Source of the DNA: Octopus sinensis | Lineage: Eukaryota | DNA: 64,000 bases | Reading direction: 5' to 3' | Assembly (NCBI RefSeq): GCF_006345805.1 | Contig: NC_043002.1 | Location: 92,008,001 to 92,072,000 of the forward strand | Shown here: piece by piece, positions 41,715 through 54,748 of the stretch | How positions within the stretch are numbered: the stretch's first letter is position 1 | Layout of the letters: each line of letters begins with the position of its first letter | Made by a program: the position numbers and the translations under genes | The notes under the pieces: generated by a model | Seen by the model: only the letters and a program-made list of their open reading frames with translations | What the model was told of the DNA's origin: nothing | Databases searched by the model: none

Positions 41715-42727
41715 GTTTCACTTTTGCTTTGTATTTGTACGAGTTGACTCCAAGTCTCACTCAGAGACCTCAAGAGACAAGAAGTTAGAAGTTCAAGTTG
41801 GTATTATACCTAGGGTGTCATATATTTGTTTTAGTACATAGTATTGTTGTAGAAAATATTTAAGAAAACAAATTATGTTTGTTTTAAAATTTGAGATTAC
41901 ATAGACAGTATTTTACGTATGATATGGGCAGTTCACATGATCAATGGTTTCATTTTGTTGTTTGCATATACATGTTGGGCTACTGTCATTCTTTTATATG
42001 TTGGTCTGGTAGTTCCTTGTAGGTAAGTATTGATAAACCCTTCTGTTTCTAATTTTAAGCCAGAAGACACTAACCATTGATGGATAACGGCTTTGTCAAC
42101 ATCGGTATTATTAGCTTTCCTTGGGTATTTGCCATAAAGAAATCTTTCTTGCTATTTATCAGTAAGAATGTCTAAGGCAGCATTTTTAGCACGGATTTTC
42201 ATACGCTTAGTTTTTTCTGTGCTAGTTTCTAGTAGTCTGATTCTGTGATTTATTGTATTTGGAATTCACTTAGATATTCTTTTAACTGTTCTGTTACTGA
42301 GTATGATGCTTTCTTGTTTTCATGCTTTGAGACAAGTTTTAACATCCAGTCATCAGAGTTTTTCAGGTAGGTGTTTAGGCCAATTGTAGCAATCTTCATT
42401 ATTAATTCCAATTACGAAACTGGCCAGTTAATGACATTGAAACTATAAGTCACGACCGGTATCGTTAACGTATTGATCACTTCGATCCTGTTTCTTGCAC
42501 TCACCTTTGTCTTGAGTATAACTCTTACCCTGCGATAACATTCTCTTCTCATCCTTTCCCTCATCATTGAATGTTTGATTCAATTACCTCCAGATACCCC
42601 TAGGTATTTGTAGCTCGCCACTGCTTCTAACTCCTTTATGACATTCTGCTGGTGAAGATTAACGTTGGATGTATCTGTCATTTTTCCTTTGATATAGGTA
42701 GCTTTTGCACATTTATCGAGGCCAAAT
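41713..42727 (-). mobile_element. R4/Dong-type LINE, 5' truncated and internally deleted, 3' end in (TAA)n (duplicate at 43333-44347)
   Basis: GLDKCAK, SYKYLG, RRVRVILKT..NRIEVINTLTIPVVTYSF, terminal TAHIIRKILSM*, then 3' UTR and (TAA)n. Confidence 0.85.
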
Positions 42728-42739
42728 TATCATAAAATA

Positions 42740-43201
42740 TTGAATGAGAGAGCAGTACACACCATCAAAGTGACACTGGGGTAAAATATACGAAGCCCAG
42801 TATACCGATCATGATTACCTGTCTGAAAAGGGTACACCAGGCACATGCATCACAACCATATGTGCGCTACATGGCGATCACATATCAAGTTTAACAGCGC
42901 ATGACCTTGCAGGTCCCTGAATAAAACACCCATGTTTCCACAGGTGAATTATCCAAAACACCAAGAATCCCTCTCTGCACATGGCTATGATACCCTACCA
43001 CTACTTCTGCTCGTAAACAGAGATGCACATATCGTCAGCCACTAAGGTAGAAGCTCAACTGGTTAAGTTCAAGAAACTGACAAGCAAATTTGTGGTATTG
43101 AGCAGAATATTTACCAAGACAAAACAATGTACATGTTAACACTTCCAATCAATTAAGATCAGAATCCATGTGAGACACTGCCTGTTACTGCATCAGGGCA
43201 T
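42740..43201 (-). mobile_element. Shortened copy of the 15121-15680 non-coding element (duplicate at 44360-44821)
   Basis: Colinear similarity with internal deletions. Confidence 0.85.
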
Positions 43202-43254
43202 TTCTTCTTCTTCTTCTTCTCTTCTTCTTCTTCTTATTATTATTATTATTATTA

Positions 43255-43311
<57 letters not shown>

Positions 43312-44826
43312 CATTATTATTATTATTATTATATGTTTCACTTTTGCTTTGTATTTGTACGAGTTGACTCCAAGTCTCACTCAGAGACCTCAAGAGACAA
43401 GAAGTTAGAAGTTCAAGTTGGTATTATACCTAGGGTGTCATATATTTGTTTTAGTACATAGTATTGTTGTAGAAAATATTTAAGAAAACAAATTATGTTT
43501 GTTTTAAAATTTGAGATTACATAGACAGTATTTTACGTATGATATGGGCAGTTCACATGATCAATGGTTTCATTTTGTTGTTTGCATATACATGTTGGGC
43601 TACTGTCATTCTTTTATATGTTGGTCTGGTAGTTCCTTGTAGGTAAGTATTGATAAACCCTTCTGTTTCTAATTTTAAGCCAGAAGACACTAACCATTGA
43701 TGGATAACGGCTTTGTCAACATCGGTATTATTAGCTTTCCTTGGGTATTTGCCATAAAGAAATCTTTCTTGCTATTTATCAGTAAGAATGTCTAAGGCAG
43801 CATTTTTAGCACGGATTTTCATACGCTTAGTTTTTTCTGTGCTAGTTTCTAGTAGTCTGATTCTGTGATTTATTGTATTTGGAATTCACTTAGATATTCT
43901 TTTAACTGTTCTGTTACTGAGTATGATGCTTTCTTGTTTTCATGCTTTGAGACAAGTTTTAACATCCAGTCATCAGAGTTTTTCAGGTAGGTGTTTAGGC
44001 CAATTGTAGCAATCTTCATTATTAATTCCAATTACGAAACTGGCCAGTTAATGACATTGAAACTATAAGTCACGACCGGTATCGTTAACGTATTGATCAC
44101 TTCGATCCTGTTTCTTGCACTCACCTTTGTCTTGAGTATAACTCTTACCCTGCGATAACATTCTCTTCTCATCCTTTCCCTCATCATTGAATGTTTGATT
44201 CAATTACCTCCAGATACCCCTAGGTATTTGTAGCTCGCCACTGCTTCTAACTCCTTTATGACATTCTGCTGGTGAAGATTAACGTTGGATGTATCTGTCA
44301 TTTTTCCTTTGATATAGGTAGCTTTTGCACATTTATCGAGGCCAAATTATCATAAAATATTGAATGAGAGAGCAGTACACACCATCAAAGTGACACTGGG
44401 GTAAAATATACGAAGCCCAGTATACCGATCATGATTACCTGTCTGAAAAGGGTACACCAGGCACATGCATCACAACCATATGTGCGCTACATGGCGATCA
44501 CATATCAAGTTTAACAGCGCATGACCTTGCAGGTCCCTGAATAAAACACCCATGTTTCCACAGGTGAATTATCCAAAACACCAAGAATCCCTCTCTGCAC
44601 ATGGCTATGATACCCTACCACTACTTCTGCTCGTAAACAGAGATGCACATATCGTCAGCCACTAAGGTAGAAGCTCAACTGGTTAAGTTCAAGAAACTGA
44701 CAAGCAAATTTGTGGTATTGAGCAGAATATTTACCAAGACAAAACAATGTACATGTTAACACTTCCAATCAATTAAGATCAGAATCCATGTGAGACACTG
44801 CCTGTTACTGCATCAGGGCATTTCTT

Positions 44827-44910
<84 letters not shown>

Positions 44911-44929
44911 TGCATCATCATCATCATTT

Positions 44930-45433
44930 ATTATCTTTGCACAGCTTCTAACGCTGGAGATGTACCACGCTGTTAGCAGTCTACTACCAGTGAACTAAGG
45001 TAACACCTTATTTTTCATGCACCATCCGAAGTATTCGAGCGGTTCCAAGAAGTGTTGTTTACCGCCAGTGCTCCACCCGTATTGCAGCCCCTATTTGTTC
45101 CATGTACTTCTCAAGATCTTTACTCACTGTTCCCAGGGCTCCGACAATTATTTGTACTACTACCACCCTTTTCATCGACCACAACCGCTTAACCTCCCAA
45201 CCTAACCTGCCATATCTACCGAGTTTTCTTTCTTCCTCATCGCATACCTTGTTGTCAGTTGGGCATGCTATATCTATGATCCAGCATCGTTTGCTTTCTT
45301 TCTCAATTAACACTATGCCTCGATTCCTATTGTCAATCTCATGATCGCACTGAATCATAAAATCCCACAGGATCTTTGCATTACCGTTTTCGATGATGCC
45401 TTCGGGTTTATGTTCATACCAATTCTTTGCTCC

Positions 45434-45435
<2 letters not shown>
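44930..45435 (-). mobile_element. R4/Dong-type LINE 3' end (RLE domain + 3' UTR) between (TAA)n tracts
   Basis: KILWDF, WIIDIACPTD, IIVGALGTV, TARILRMV; same family as 39472-41285. Confidence 0.9.
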
Positions 45436-45528
<93 letters not shown>

Positions 45529-45530
45529 CA

Positions 45531-45573
<43 letters not shown>

Positions 45574-45631
45574 CATCATTATTATTATTATATTATTATT
45601 ATTATTATCATTATCACTATTATTATTATTA

Positions 45632-45704
<73 letters not shown>

Positions 45705-45770
45705 TGGTGTTGTTGTTGTTGATGTTCTTGTCCTTGTTGTTGCTGTTGTTGTCACTATTACCATTATTGC
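45436..45770. repeat. Long (TTA)n/(GTT)n microsatellite
   Basis: Visible directly. Confidence 0.95.
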
Positions 45771-46697
45771 ATTGCATTAGTGCTGGAGGCGTGTTGTAGC
45801 GTTCGCGATGGGAGAACGTGTTCTTACAGAAGCGATGTCAGAATGTCTTCTAAGGGGCAAGATCCTATATTGGTAACGACGTAAGGGAAAAACATCGCAT
45901 CCTTTTTCAGTGTAAAATCATCCGATGTGTTATTCAATTAGGAACTTGTTTTGCAGCTTGGACAAGTTGTTGTGTATTTTCAAATTGTGATTGGAAGAAG
46001 GATAAGAATTAACCAATCAAACATGCCTTTCACACACTACAGTCTTCTGTAATACCCGAACGACGAATAAAGAGTTTAGTAACAACGTACCCATATATAA
46101 ATTACCAAGCGATAGCTTTAGGAATAATTTTACTACAAAATGCGGCTTATCTTATGAATGAATTGAATAAGTTAGAAGTAATTGAAACCGAAGACCAAAA
46201 TTGATGTAAAAATTAGACTTGAAAGCTTTCGGTTAGTACATAAAATATATTGCTACCATGAGATATTTCATAGACAGTCATTCGAAAATATTGTATTTTA
46301 TAAAGATGCGTTTACCTTCATTTTTGTTTTCTATCTCCTTTGTAACAGCCAAAGCAAATAATCAACGCTGTGAAATAAAAATAACTAATATACTTCTAGT
46401 GACTCTTTCAACACGGATCTTGATATATCTTCAATAATGTCATATTCAAACATAGATACTTATATATTTGAAATCAATAACGTTAATAATTTTATTACTC
46501 TTGGAAGTGTTTCGTTTAAGTTATGTGTAGTGGTCCAAGAACTCAAGAATAATCTGCTCAAAACAAAACAAAAACCATTCTATTTTTCCGTCTTTTCTTT
46601 CCATTTTTCCTCTGATGTAGAAAACAATATTAATTCGAAATGAAGCATTGTCTGTATGTCTGTATATATTATATATTATATATATGATATATATATA

Positions 46698-46776
<79 letters not shown>

Positions 46777-47196
46777 TGTGTGTGTGTGTGTAAAGCGGCT
46801 GTCCACGAAGTACGATCATTGCTAGAAATAGCAGACGGTAAGCCATTGGTGCCATGTAGAACTTTACTGAATGTTTACAGACAGATATGTACGCGGGTGG
46901 TTGAATATAGGAAAATTCTGTCTTACCTCTTCGAAGACTGTTAGAGAAAGGAAGGAAAACTCAATACCACAGTTTCAAACTTTTCGGATCACGTGCGTGG
47001 TCGCGAATCCGATTGGTTGTCTTCAGCTGAATCTACCATTGACGACCAAATTTTAAAATGTCCTCAACATTTCTGCCTGTATGTATGTATGTATGTATGT
47101 ATGTATGTATGTATGTATGTATGTATGTATGTATGTATGTATGTTTGTATGTATGTATGTATGTATGTATGTATGTATGTATGTATGTATGTATGT

Positions 47197-47259
<63 letters not shown>

Positions 47260-47267
47260 GATAGATA

Positions 47268-47420
47268 TGTTCTGAGTTCAACTTTCGCTGAGGTCGACTT
47301 TGCCGTTCATCCTTTCGAAGTCAATAAAATAAGTACCCGTTGAATACTGGGGGTCGTTGTAATTGACTTACTCTCCTCCCCTGAAATTGTTGGCCTTGTG
47401 CCAAAATGTGAAACCAATAT
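47268..47420 (+). mobile_element. SINE family C fragment, short tail
   Basis: GTTCTGAGTTCA..GGTCGACTTTGCC.TTCATCCTTTCG. Confidence 0.8.
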
Positions 47421-47584
47421 TTCATAAATTCACTCTCCTCTTTTTGTCTTCTTTGTAATGCAGAAAATGGCTATTTAAACTACACATACATTAGAAAAAG
47501 ATTCTAATTTACAAACATATACAATAATTATCGATAGTATAAATGTGACTTATTTCATTGTATTTTATTCTATTTTATACAGCT

Positions 47585-47945
47585 GCAGGCATGGCTATGT
47601 GGTAAGAAGCTTGCTTCCCAGCCACGCGATTTCGGGTTCAGTCTCAATGCGTGATATTTTGGTGCGTTTTCTCCGATAGCCGCATGCCGACGAAAGCTTT
47701 ATGACAGGATTTGGTAGAGAGAAACTGAAAGAAGCTCTGTGAGTGTGTGTATGTGTGTCTTTGAAGACTGGTTTAGGTTTGCTTACGTTCTCATAACTTA
47801 AGGATTCGACAAAAAAAAAAAGACTGCTAGAATAAGTTTCCTGACTAAAAAAAAAAAGATTGATATTGATGTCAATTTGTTCGACTTAAACCTTCATGTA
47901 GAGCTCCAGCATGATCGCAGTCCAATGACTGAAACCAGTAAAAGT
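47585..47945 (+). mobile_element. Diverged SINE family A
   Basis: Colinear with 31934-32345. Confidence 0.8.
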
Positions 47946-48038
47946 TAAAAAATATTTCGTAGCAATTAGGACTAAGAATTCACGTAAGTCTATAAAATAT
48001 TTTCATCAAGTTGACAAAGCATTAGCCGGAACAAAGAA

Positions 48039-48952
48039 TTGGGTCATCCCATAAATAAAGCAGCTTTTTTTTTATACTTTTTTTATTTTTCAATATTAAG
48101 ATAAACAAAGTCCTTTTTTAATCTAAAATACACCCTCCTTCATTTTTTACAATGCACTTCCATCTATCTGGCAGACTTGCAAGGCCCCTCTTCCAAAATT
48201 CATTTGTCCGTGACGGAAAATACTCCTCCAGTACTGTTCTGACCTCGTCTGCAGAATTCATATTTTTTCTGTCCAAATGATTTTGAAGACTGCGGAATAA
48301 ATGATAATCAGATGGGTCAATGTCCGGCGAATATGGTGGATGTGGCATCGTTTCCCATTCAAACTGCCCTTGCAATGTCATCTTCGCTGTATGCCAGCGA
48401 GCATTATCCTGATGGAAGAACAACTTTGGTCTTCAAAGTTTTCAAAGCAAAGATGGTCATTTCTCTTCGCTTCGAGCGCTGACTTAAACTGCTCAAGCTG
48501 ATTGCAGTAGATCTCCTTTGTTATCGTTTGGTTTGGGTTTTAAAAGCTCAAACTGAATTAAACCTTTCATATCCTACCAAATTAATAACACCTAACGTGG
48601 ATGAAGACCTTCTTTAGGCTCGGAATTTCTGGAACCCCCGTTGAAGCTGGCTTACGCTTATTGCCCGATCCCCATATACTGCATTAATATTCTTCACACT
48701 TCCCATTGCGTTGTTACCTTTATTGAACTCATAAAGCAAATTATGCCAAATATGCACCTTTGTCTCTTCTATAATAGCTTTCAAAAAATAACTGTTAAAA
48801 TCGAACGGCACTCTTCAAAACTTGCACTAAGAATAAGGACAAGATAAAATTATTATCTGCTTTTATAGCAACTTGATGCAAGTAGTTTATGCCATCCCCC
48901 TCCGACTTTTAGTTCATGCAATCAAAACTGCATTGTTTATGGGTTGACCCAA
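48039..48952 (-). mobile_element. Mariner (DD34D) element, internally deleted, both TIRs present
   Basis: TIRs TTGGGTCATCCCATAAATAA / TTGTTTATGGGTTGACCCAA; LLYEFNKGNNA..INAVYGD and HQDNARWH..HPPYSPDIDPSDYHLF. Confidence 0.92.
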
Positions 48953-49308
48953 TAAAATGTTTCAATGGTTTAAAAAGGTAAATAGATATATAGCGCTAGG
49001 GGAAATATATACCATGTTTAATTTTCGACTTGTTATTGTGGTGGAGAAGTCTTATACTGATATGAAGGGGTTGAAATGTTAACGGATAATTATGTCAGCG
49101 ATAACATATTTACATTTTTGTGTAATATTTACTTATTTTGTGAAATGAACAAAGACAATGAAACATTTAGTTGGCTCATTAATTAATAATAATTACAGCC
49201 GTATGCGGGTGTAAATATAGATAATTAATGAACCAACTTAATTAGCTTGAATCAAGATAGACAAACGAGGCAACTCCGAATTTGAAGTTAATATTTAATG
49301 GAGGCGTA

Positions 49309-49497
49309 AGGCGGTGAGCTGGCAGAATCGTTAGCACGCCGTCTTTACGTTTTGAGTTCAAATTCTGCCGAGGTCGACTTTGTCTTTCATCCTTTAAGAT
49401 TTGATGAAATAAGTACCAGTTGAGCACTGGAGTCGATGTAATCAATTTACCTCCTCCCACGAAATATTTAGCCTTGTACCGGAATTTGAAATCAATA
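49309..49497 (+). mobile_element. SINE family C, short tail, lacking the head hairpin
   Basis: GGCGGTGAGCTGGCAGAATCGTTAGCACGCCG followed directly by TCTTTACGTT.. Confidence 0.8.
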
Positions 49498-49791
49498 TGT
49501 AATGGTGGTACAGTGTAAGATCAGAGTCGTCTCAGCAGCATTGTAGGCCTCCGGCTAAATCAGTACAGTGCGCCCTATAATATTTACTTATTAACGGCAA
49601 GCCACAACATTCATAGAATTGGCTCCGTGCGGAACCTGGACAAATCAATGCACTGGACTTTAACTTTATTTACTTATTAGCAACAAGCTATAACATTTAT
49701 AGATTAGAACTGGAACCCTGACGCTCCAGGAGCCCCTAAGGACTCTGAGCAACTGCTTGGTGTACCCATGCCTTAGGGAAATCTCTTCTCA

Positions 49792-50154
49792 TCTCTATAT
49801 ATATAAACGGCAAAATGTCTGTGTGTGTGTCCTTTATACAAATCCATAATTTTTCAGTTAGAGGGCTCTCGCTTTCTATGGTCATTTAAGCTGTCCAAGG
49901 GTGGTCGTGCACATCTTCACATTTCTCCAGTCACCTCGCAAAGCCATTAAAAGATCAATAGAAGTGACTTTTTTGTGTATTTTCTATCCAAAACCTAATC
50001 GAAATGCCCGAAACTTGATGCGCCAATTGAATGCCAGCTAACTGTATGTGGTTGAGCGAAGATTTGAACAGTACTCGCGTGTATGTGCGCTCGCACGCAG
50101 CTGTATATGCATGCACAATCGCTATGACCTGGCGTTGCCGGGTCATAGTGCTAG
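49792..50154 (+). mobile_element. Complete non-autonomous Helitron
   Basis: A|TCTCTATATATATAAACGG start; hairpin CTATGACCTGGC-gtt-GCCGGGTCATAG (50122-50148); CTAG|T end. Confidence 0.88.
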
Positions 50155-50462
50155 TTACAAAAGATGGGGTGGGTTACTTTTCGTCCTTTCTCGTTATGAG
50201 TGTCGTTTTGATTAATTAAACATATTGTTTGACTCACTACATTAAATATGTTAGTACACTCTATATTTACTAATATTCCAGTTCAACTGTTTATGGTGTA
50301 TGCCGAATATATGTGTTATATGTGTGTGTGTCTATACATATATATATATAATATATATATGTGTGTGTGTGTGTGTATGTATATAATTATGTATGTATGT
50401 ATATATATATATATATACATGCATAATTATATACATATACACACACACATATATATATATAC

Positions 50463-50534
<72 letters not shown>

Positions 50535-50747
50535 CGTATATACAGATATACATACATATTTGCACACACACACACACACACATATTATGTCAGGGGAGAG
50601 TCATTCTGTTTTAACGCCATATTAATTAACATACTCACCGGTTCGATTTCCACTCACTTTTTTTTTCTAAAATTTCCGTTGCTTCTTGCAACCATTTTTA
50701 TAATCATTGTCTCTGCCTTTTAATGATAAACGAAATATATATATATA

Positions 50748-51702
50748 CTAGACATACTACCCGGCGTTGCCCGGTAAAGTATTCACGGGGAATTGTTTGC
50801 CAGTTTGTAGAATGGGAATTCATGATACTTATGCATGTATATATATATTTAACCTAACTTATCAACAGAAACAGTGGCTCCATTTCCTTCCATTGCTCCC
50901 TCTGTCCTTCTTTCTTTCCTCACCCTGTTGTTTAAGAATCGTGCAGCCCTCATCTCAGGCGTTTCTGCTAGTCTTCTGCTTTTTGTTCTTTGTCTCACAT
51001 CCTGGGGACGTGCATTCCTACCATCCTCAGTCTCAGCTTGCCCCTTTTGTTGCGTGACACTGTTATCCTGCAGTCGTTCTGTTGTCTCCTTGTCCTTGCT
51101 TCTTCCCGACGCTTTTAGGCATCGTCCCTTGACCATGATGATTCCTGTCTTTTTCTACGTGGTGTAATTGATCAGTGCTTATTTTTGTATGTAATGTTTG
51201 TATTAAGAAAATTAGATCAAAACAACAAAGAGATTACAAATGTCAAATGAATGAAACAGAATAAAATCTGAAATGATGAAATTATAAGTAATCTCTACAA
51301 AAAAGCTATTTCTCTATCTCAATGTTTGTGTACGTCAAAAAGTCGACGTCACATTTTTTTTTTCTTAGAGAACTACGAAATGCAAACATTCGTGCCGGAA
51401 GTTAACTCATTTGATGTCAGAATAGGATTTACAGAAAAAATAAAGGCTGGAATCTAATGAAAATTTAATAAAATCTAATCATGAGTAAGTAAAATTATGC
51501 TATATACAACTAAATTGAAAACCCATTTTTCTCCTGGCCATATCGGCAATTCTGAAAACATTTTGTGCGAATTTTACATGAGTAAATTAAACAATTTTTA
51601 TCCTGAAAATCACCTGCTACTTTTGTTTTAAAGTGAAAGAGAGGAGAAAGTAAAAGATGTACGAACGTATATATGAAATGGACGTGTGTGTGTGTGTGTG
51701 CT

Positions 51703-51736
<34 letters not shown>

Positions 51737-52151
51737 GGGGAGCCACTTACACACACATGATAATAGACACGTTCACTCACTCACCCTCTCTCTCTCTCTC
51801 ACACACACATACACACATACACACACACACATGCGCAAATACACACAAAAAAGACGTACGCATATGTATTGATGTATGTACGTATACATGACAACACACC
51901 CCTTCACTCACTCTCTCTTTATCTCTCTCTCTCTCTTTGGCACACACACACGCCTATTTCCTATACACGTACATGCATCTTTCACTTTCTCCTCTCTTTC
52001 ACTTTAAAACAAAAGTAAATAAATAAATAAAAAATTACGGAAATTAAGAACTCCGGATGATGAAATCACATTCAGTTAAAAATATTGCTAAGTGATTAAA
52101 ATATTGTATTCGTCAAAAAGTCGACGTTTTTTTTCTTATAGAGTGCGAAGA
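50748..52151 (-). mobile_element. Helitron deletion derivative with N-terminal coding remnant
   Basis: CTAG and CCCGGCGTTGCCCGG hairpin at 50748-50776; ORF 50849-51136 ETTERLQD..ETEDGRNARPQD..ETPEMRAARF (STPR-like repeats); probable 5' TC at 52151. Confidence 0.7.
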
Positions 52152-52476
52152 CTATGTGTATGTATATGTTACAGATAGCGGGCGTATGTTTGTGTTGATT
52201 GACACACCATGACATTCATTATATGTGTGTGTATTATGAATGTGCGTATGTGTGTTGAGGTCATGGAAGCCATGCGTTTTTTTTTTCGTCGAGAAATAAC
52301 AAGCAAAAATTGTATTTAATCGTTTAAATAGAGGTCGAAATACCACAAAAATTTGTACTGCACTGCCGAAGGCAATTATGAAAATAAATATGCCATAAAA
52401 ATTAAGATAAAATATACTATTTCTGAGATATTTCGGGTACACACAAACATCTCTAGAGTTTTAGTATTACTAACAT

Positions 52477-52579
<103 letters not shown>

Positions 52580-52659
52580 GCGTGTATGTTTGTGTGTGTG
52601 TATGTGTATGTATGAATGTATGTATATACATATATATGTATGCATGTATATTTGTGTAT

Positions 52660-52872
52660 GTGTTTGTGCTTGTCTCTCACCATCGCTTGACGAACAAAGT
52701 TGGTTTGTTTACGTTCCCGTAACATAGCGGTTCGGCCGAAATTGACCAATAGAATAAGTACCACGCTTAAGTAAATATAAGTACTGGAATCGAGTCGTTC
52801 GACCGAAACCCTTCAAGACTGTGCCCCAGCATGGCCGCAGTCTAATAATTGTAACAAGTAAAAGATGAAAGA
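52660..52872 (+). mobile_element. SINE family A 3' half
   Basis: CATCGCTTGAC..CCCAGCATGGCCGCAG..CAAGTAAAAGA. Confidence 0.8.
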
Positions 52873-53152
52873 TGAAAATGAAATACGTATGCGTTTGAGT
52901 CCTATTGAGTGTCTCCTCCTCCTGCACGACATTTTTGTGGTTACTTATCCCTATACATTGGGTTCAAATCTCACCGACGTCGACGTTGCCTTTTATCGCG
53001 CTTGCATGATGAAATATCAAGAAATGGCTTGCTTAATTCAATCGAAAATAACTGGCTATAATACTCAGCAAATTTCGAGTTTCCTGCCTGCTTGATGTCG
53101 GAAATCCCAGAGGCTACTCAAATATTAATATAGAAAGTACCTTTTAACATAT

Positions 53153-53627
53153 CTATTTCTTTACTACCCAAAAGGGGCTAAACACAGAGAGGACAAAACA
53201 AGGAGAGACAAACGGATTAAGTCGATAATATCGACCCTAGTGCGTAACTGGTACTTATTGAATCGACCCCGGAAGAATGAAAGGCAAAGTCGACCTCGAC
53301 GGAATTCGAACTCACAACGTAACGGCAGACAAAATACCTATTTCTTTATTACCCACAAGGGGCTAAACACAGAGGGGACAAACAAGGACAGACATAGGTA
53401 TTAAGTCGATTACATCGGCCCCAGTGCGTAACTGGTACTTAATTAATCGACCCCGAAAGGATGAAAGGTAAAGTCGACCTCGGCGGAATTTGAACTCAGA
53501 ACGTAACGGCAGACGAAATACGGCTACGCAATTTGTCCGACGTGCTAACGTTTCTGCCAGCTCACCGCAGACAAAATACCGCTAAGCATTTCGCCCAGCG
53601 TGCTAACGTTTCTGCCAGCTCGCCGCC
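53153..53627 (-). mobile_element. SINE family C dimer with duplicated head
   Basis: Junction at ~53338; ~60-bp head segment repeated within 53510-53627. Confidence 0.9.
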
Positions 53628-53979
53628 TTAATACCTTTTAGTATCTTTTAACATATCATCAAAGATACCTCACCTCAGACACCTCTCTTTTTATAGAAGG
53701 TAACGTACTTCATATCCCAGGTATCAAGGAAGATAACCGACCTCATACTCCTCCAATACCATGTAGGTTACCTCACCTCTTACTCCTTTTCTAACTGAGG
53801 TTTCCGTAACTCAGACAACGCTTATCATTTCAGTCACCACACCTCATACACATCTTATTATGTTGGCTACCTCATATCTTGCTTTTTCTTTCAATATGAT
53901 GTCAGCATTATCAGTTTGTTCATTCCATATTTATTAATATCGCCTTATTTTATTGTATACACAACTTTGAAACTAAACT

Positions 53980-54188
53980 ACAATGATGATGTATGCACAC
54001 ATACGCTAAAAGCTTCTATGTCTGAATGTCTGTAAGCGTGTGAATATAGGTGCGTATATATATATATATGTGGTGTGTGTGTATGTATATGTATGTATAT
54101 ATATATACATACATACATACATACACACATAGATTCATATATATTATATCTAATTATATACGATACACACACACACACCAACACCACA

Positions 54189-54231
<43 letters not shown>

Positions 54232-54570
54232 CATACGCAAAAATGTATAGACAGACACACAGAGAAATACGTGTGATATGTACGTATATATATGTATGTG
54301 TGCGTGCGCGCGTGTATGAATAGATATACATATAAACATTTTCATATACATACATAAATATATATAAGTGTGTCTAAGAGCAGTGTCTACACCCGCGCGC
54401 GTGTGTGCATGCGTTCGTGTGTTCGTCTATGATATGTATACCCCCCACAGGCACACACATACAAACACATATTCATACACACAACTACGCCTCATATATA
54501 CAAACACATACACAAGCGCACATACACACACGTATGTGCGTGTATGTACGTACGTACGTACGTATGTATG

Positions 54571-54604
<34 letters not shown>

Positions 54605-54618
54605 TGTATGTATGTATG

Positions 54619-54652
<34 letters not shown>

Positions 54653-54716
54653 TGTATATATATACAGATATACATGTATCTGTACATGTATGTATGTATG
54701 TATGTATATATGTATG

Positions 54717-54748
<32 letters not shown>

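Larger units (their letters stand above)
41711..44840. repeat. 1620-bp direct tandem duplication (two copies)
   Basis: 41711-43220 matches 43331-44840 in every line I compared; units separated by (TTC)n(TTA)n. Confidence 0.95.

Noticed and set aside
49522-49786. Possible old hAT MITE starting CAGAGTCGTCT
   Set aside because: Right TIR and TSD too degenerate to support
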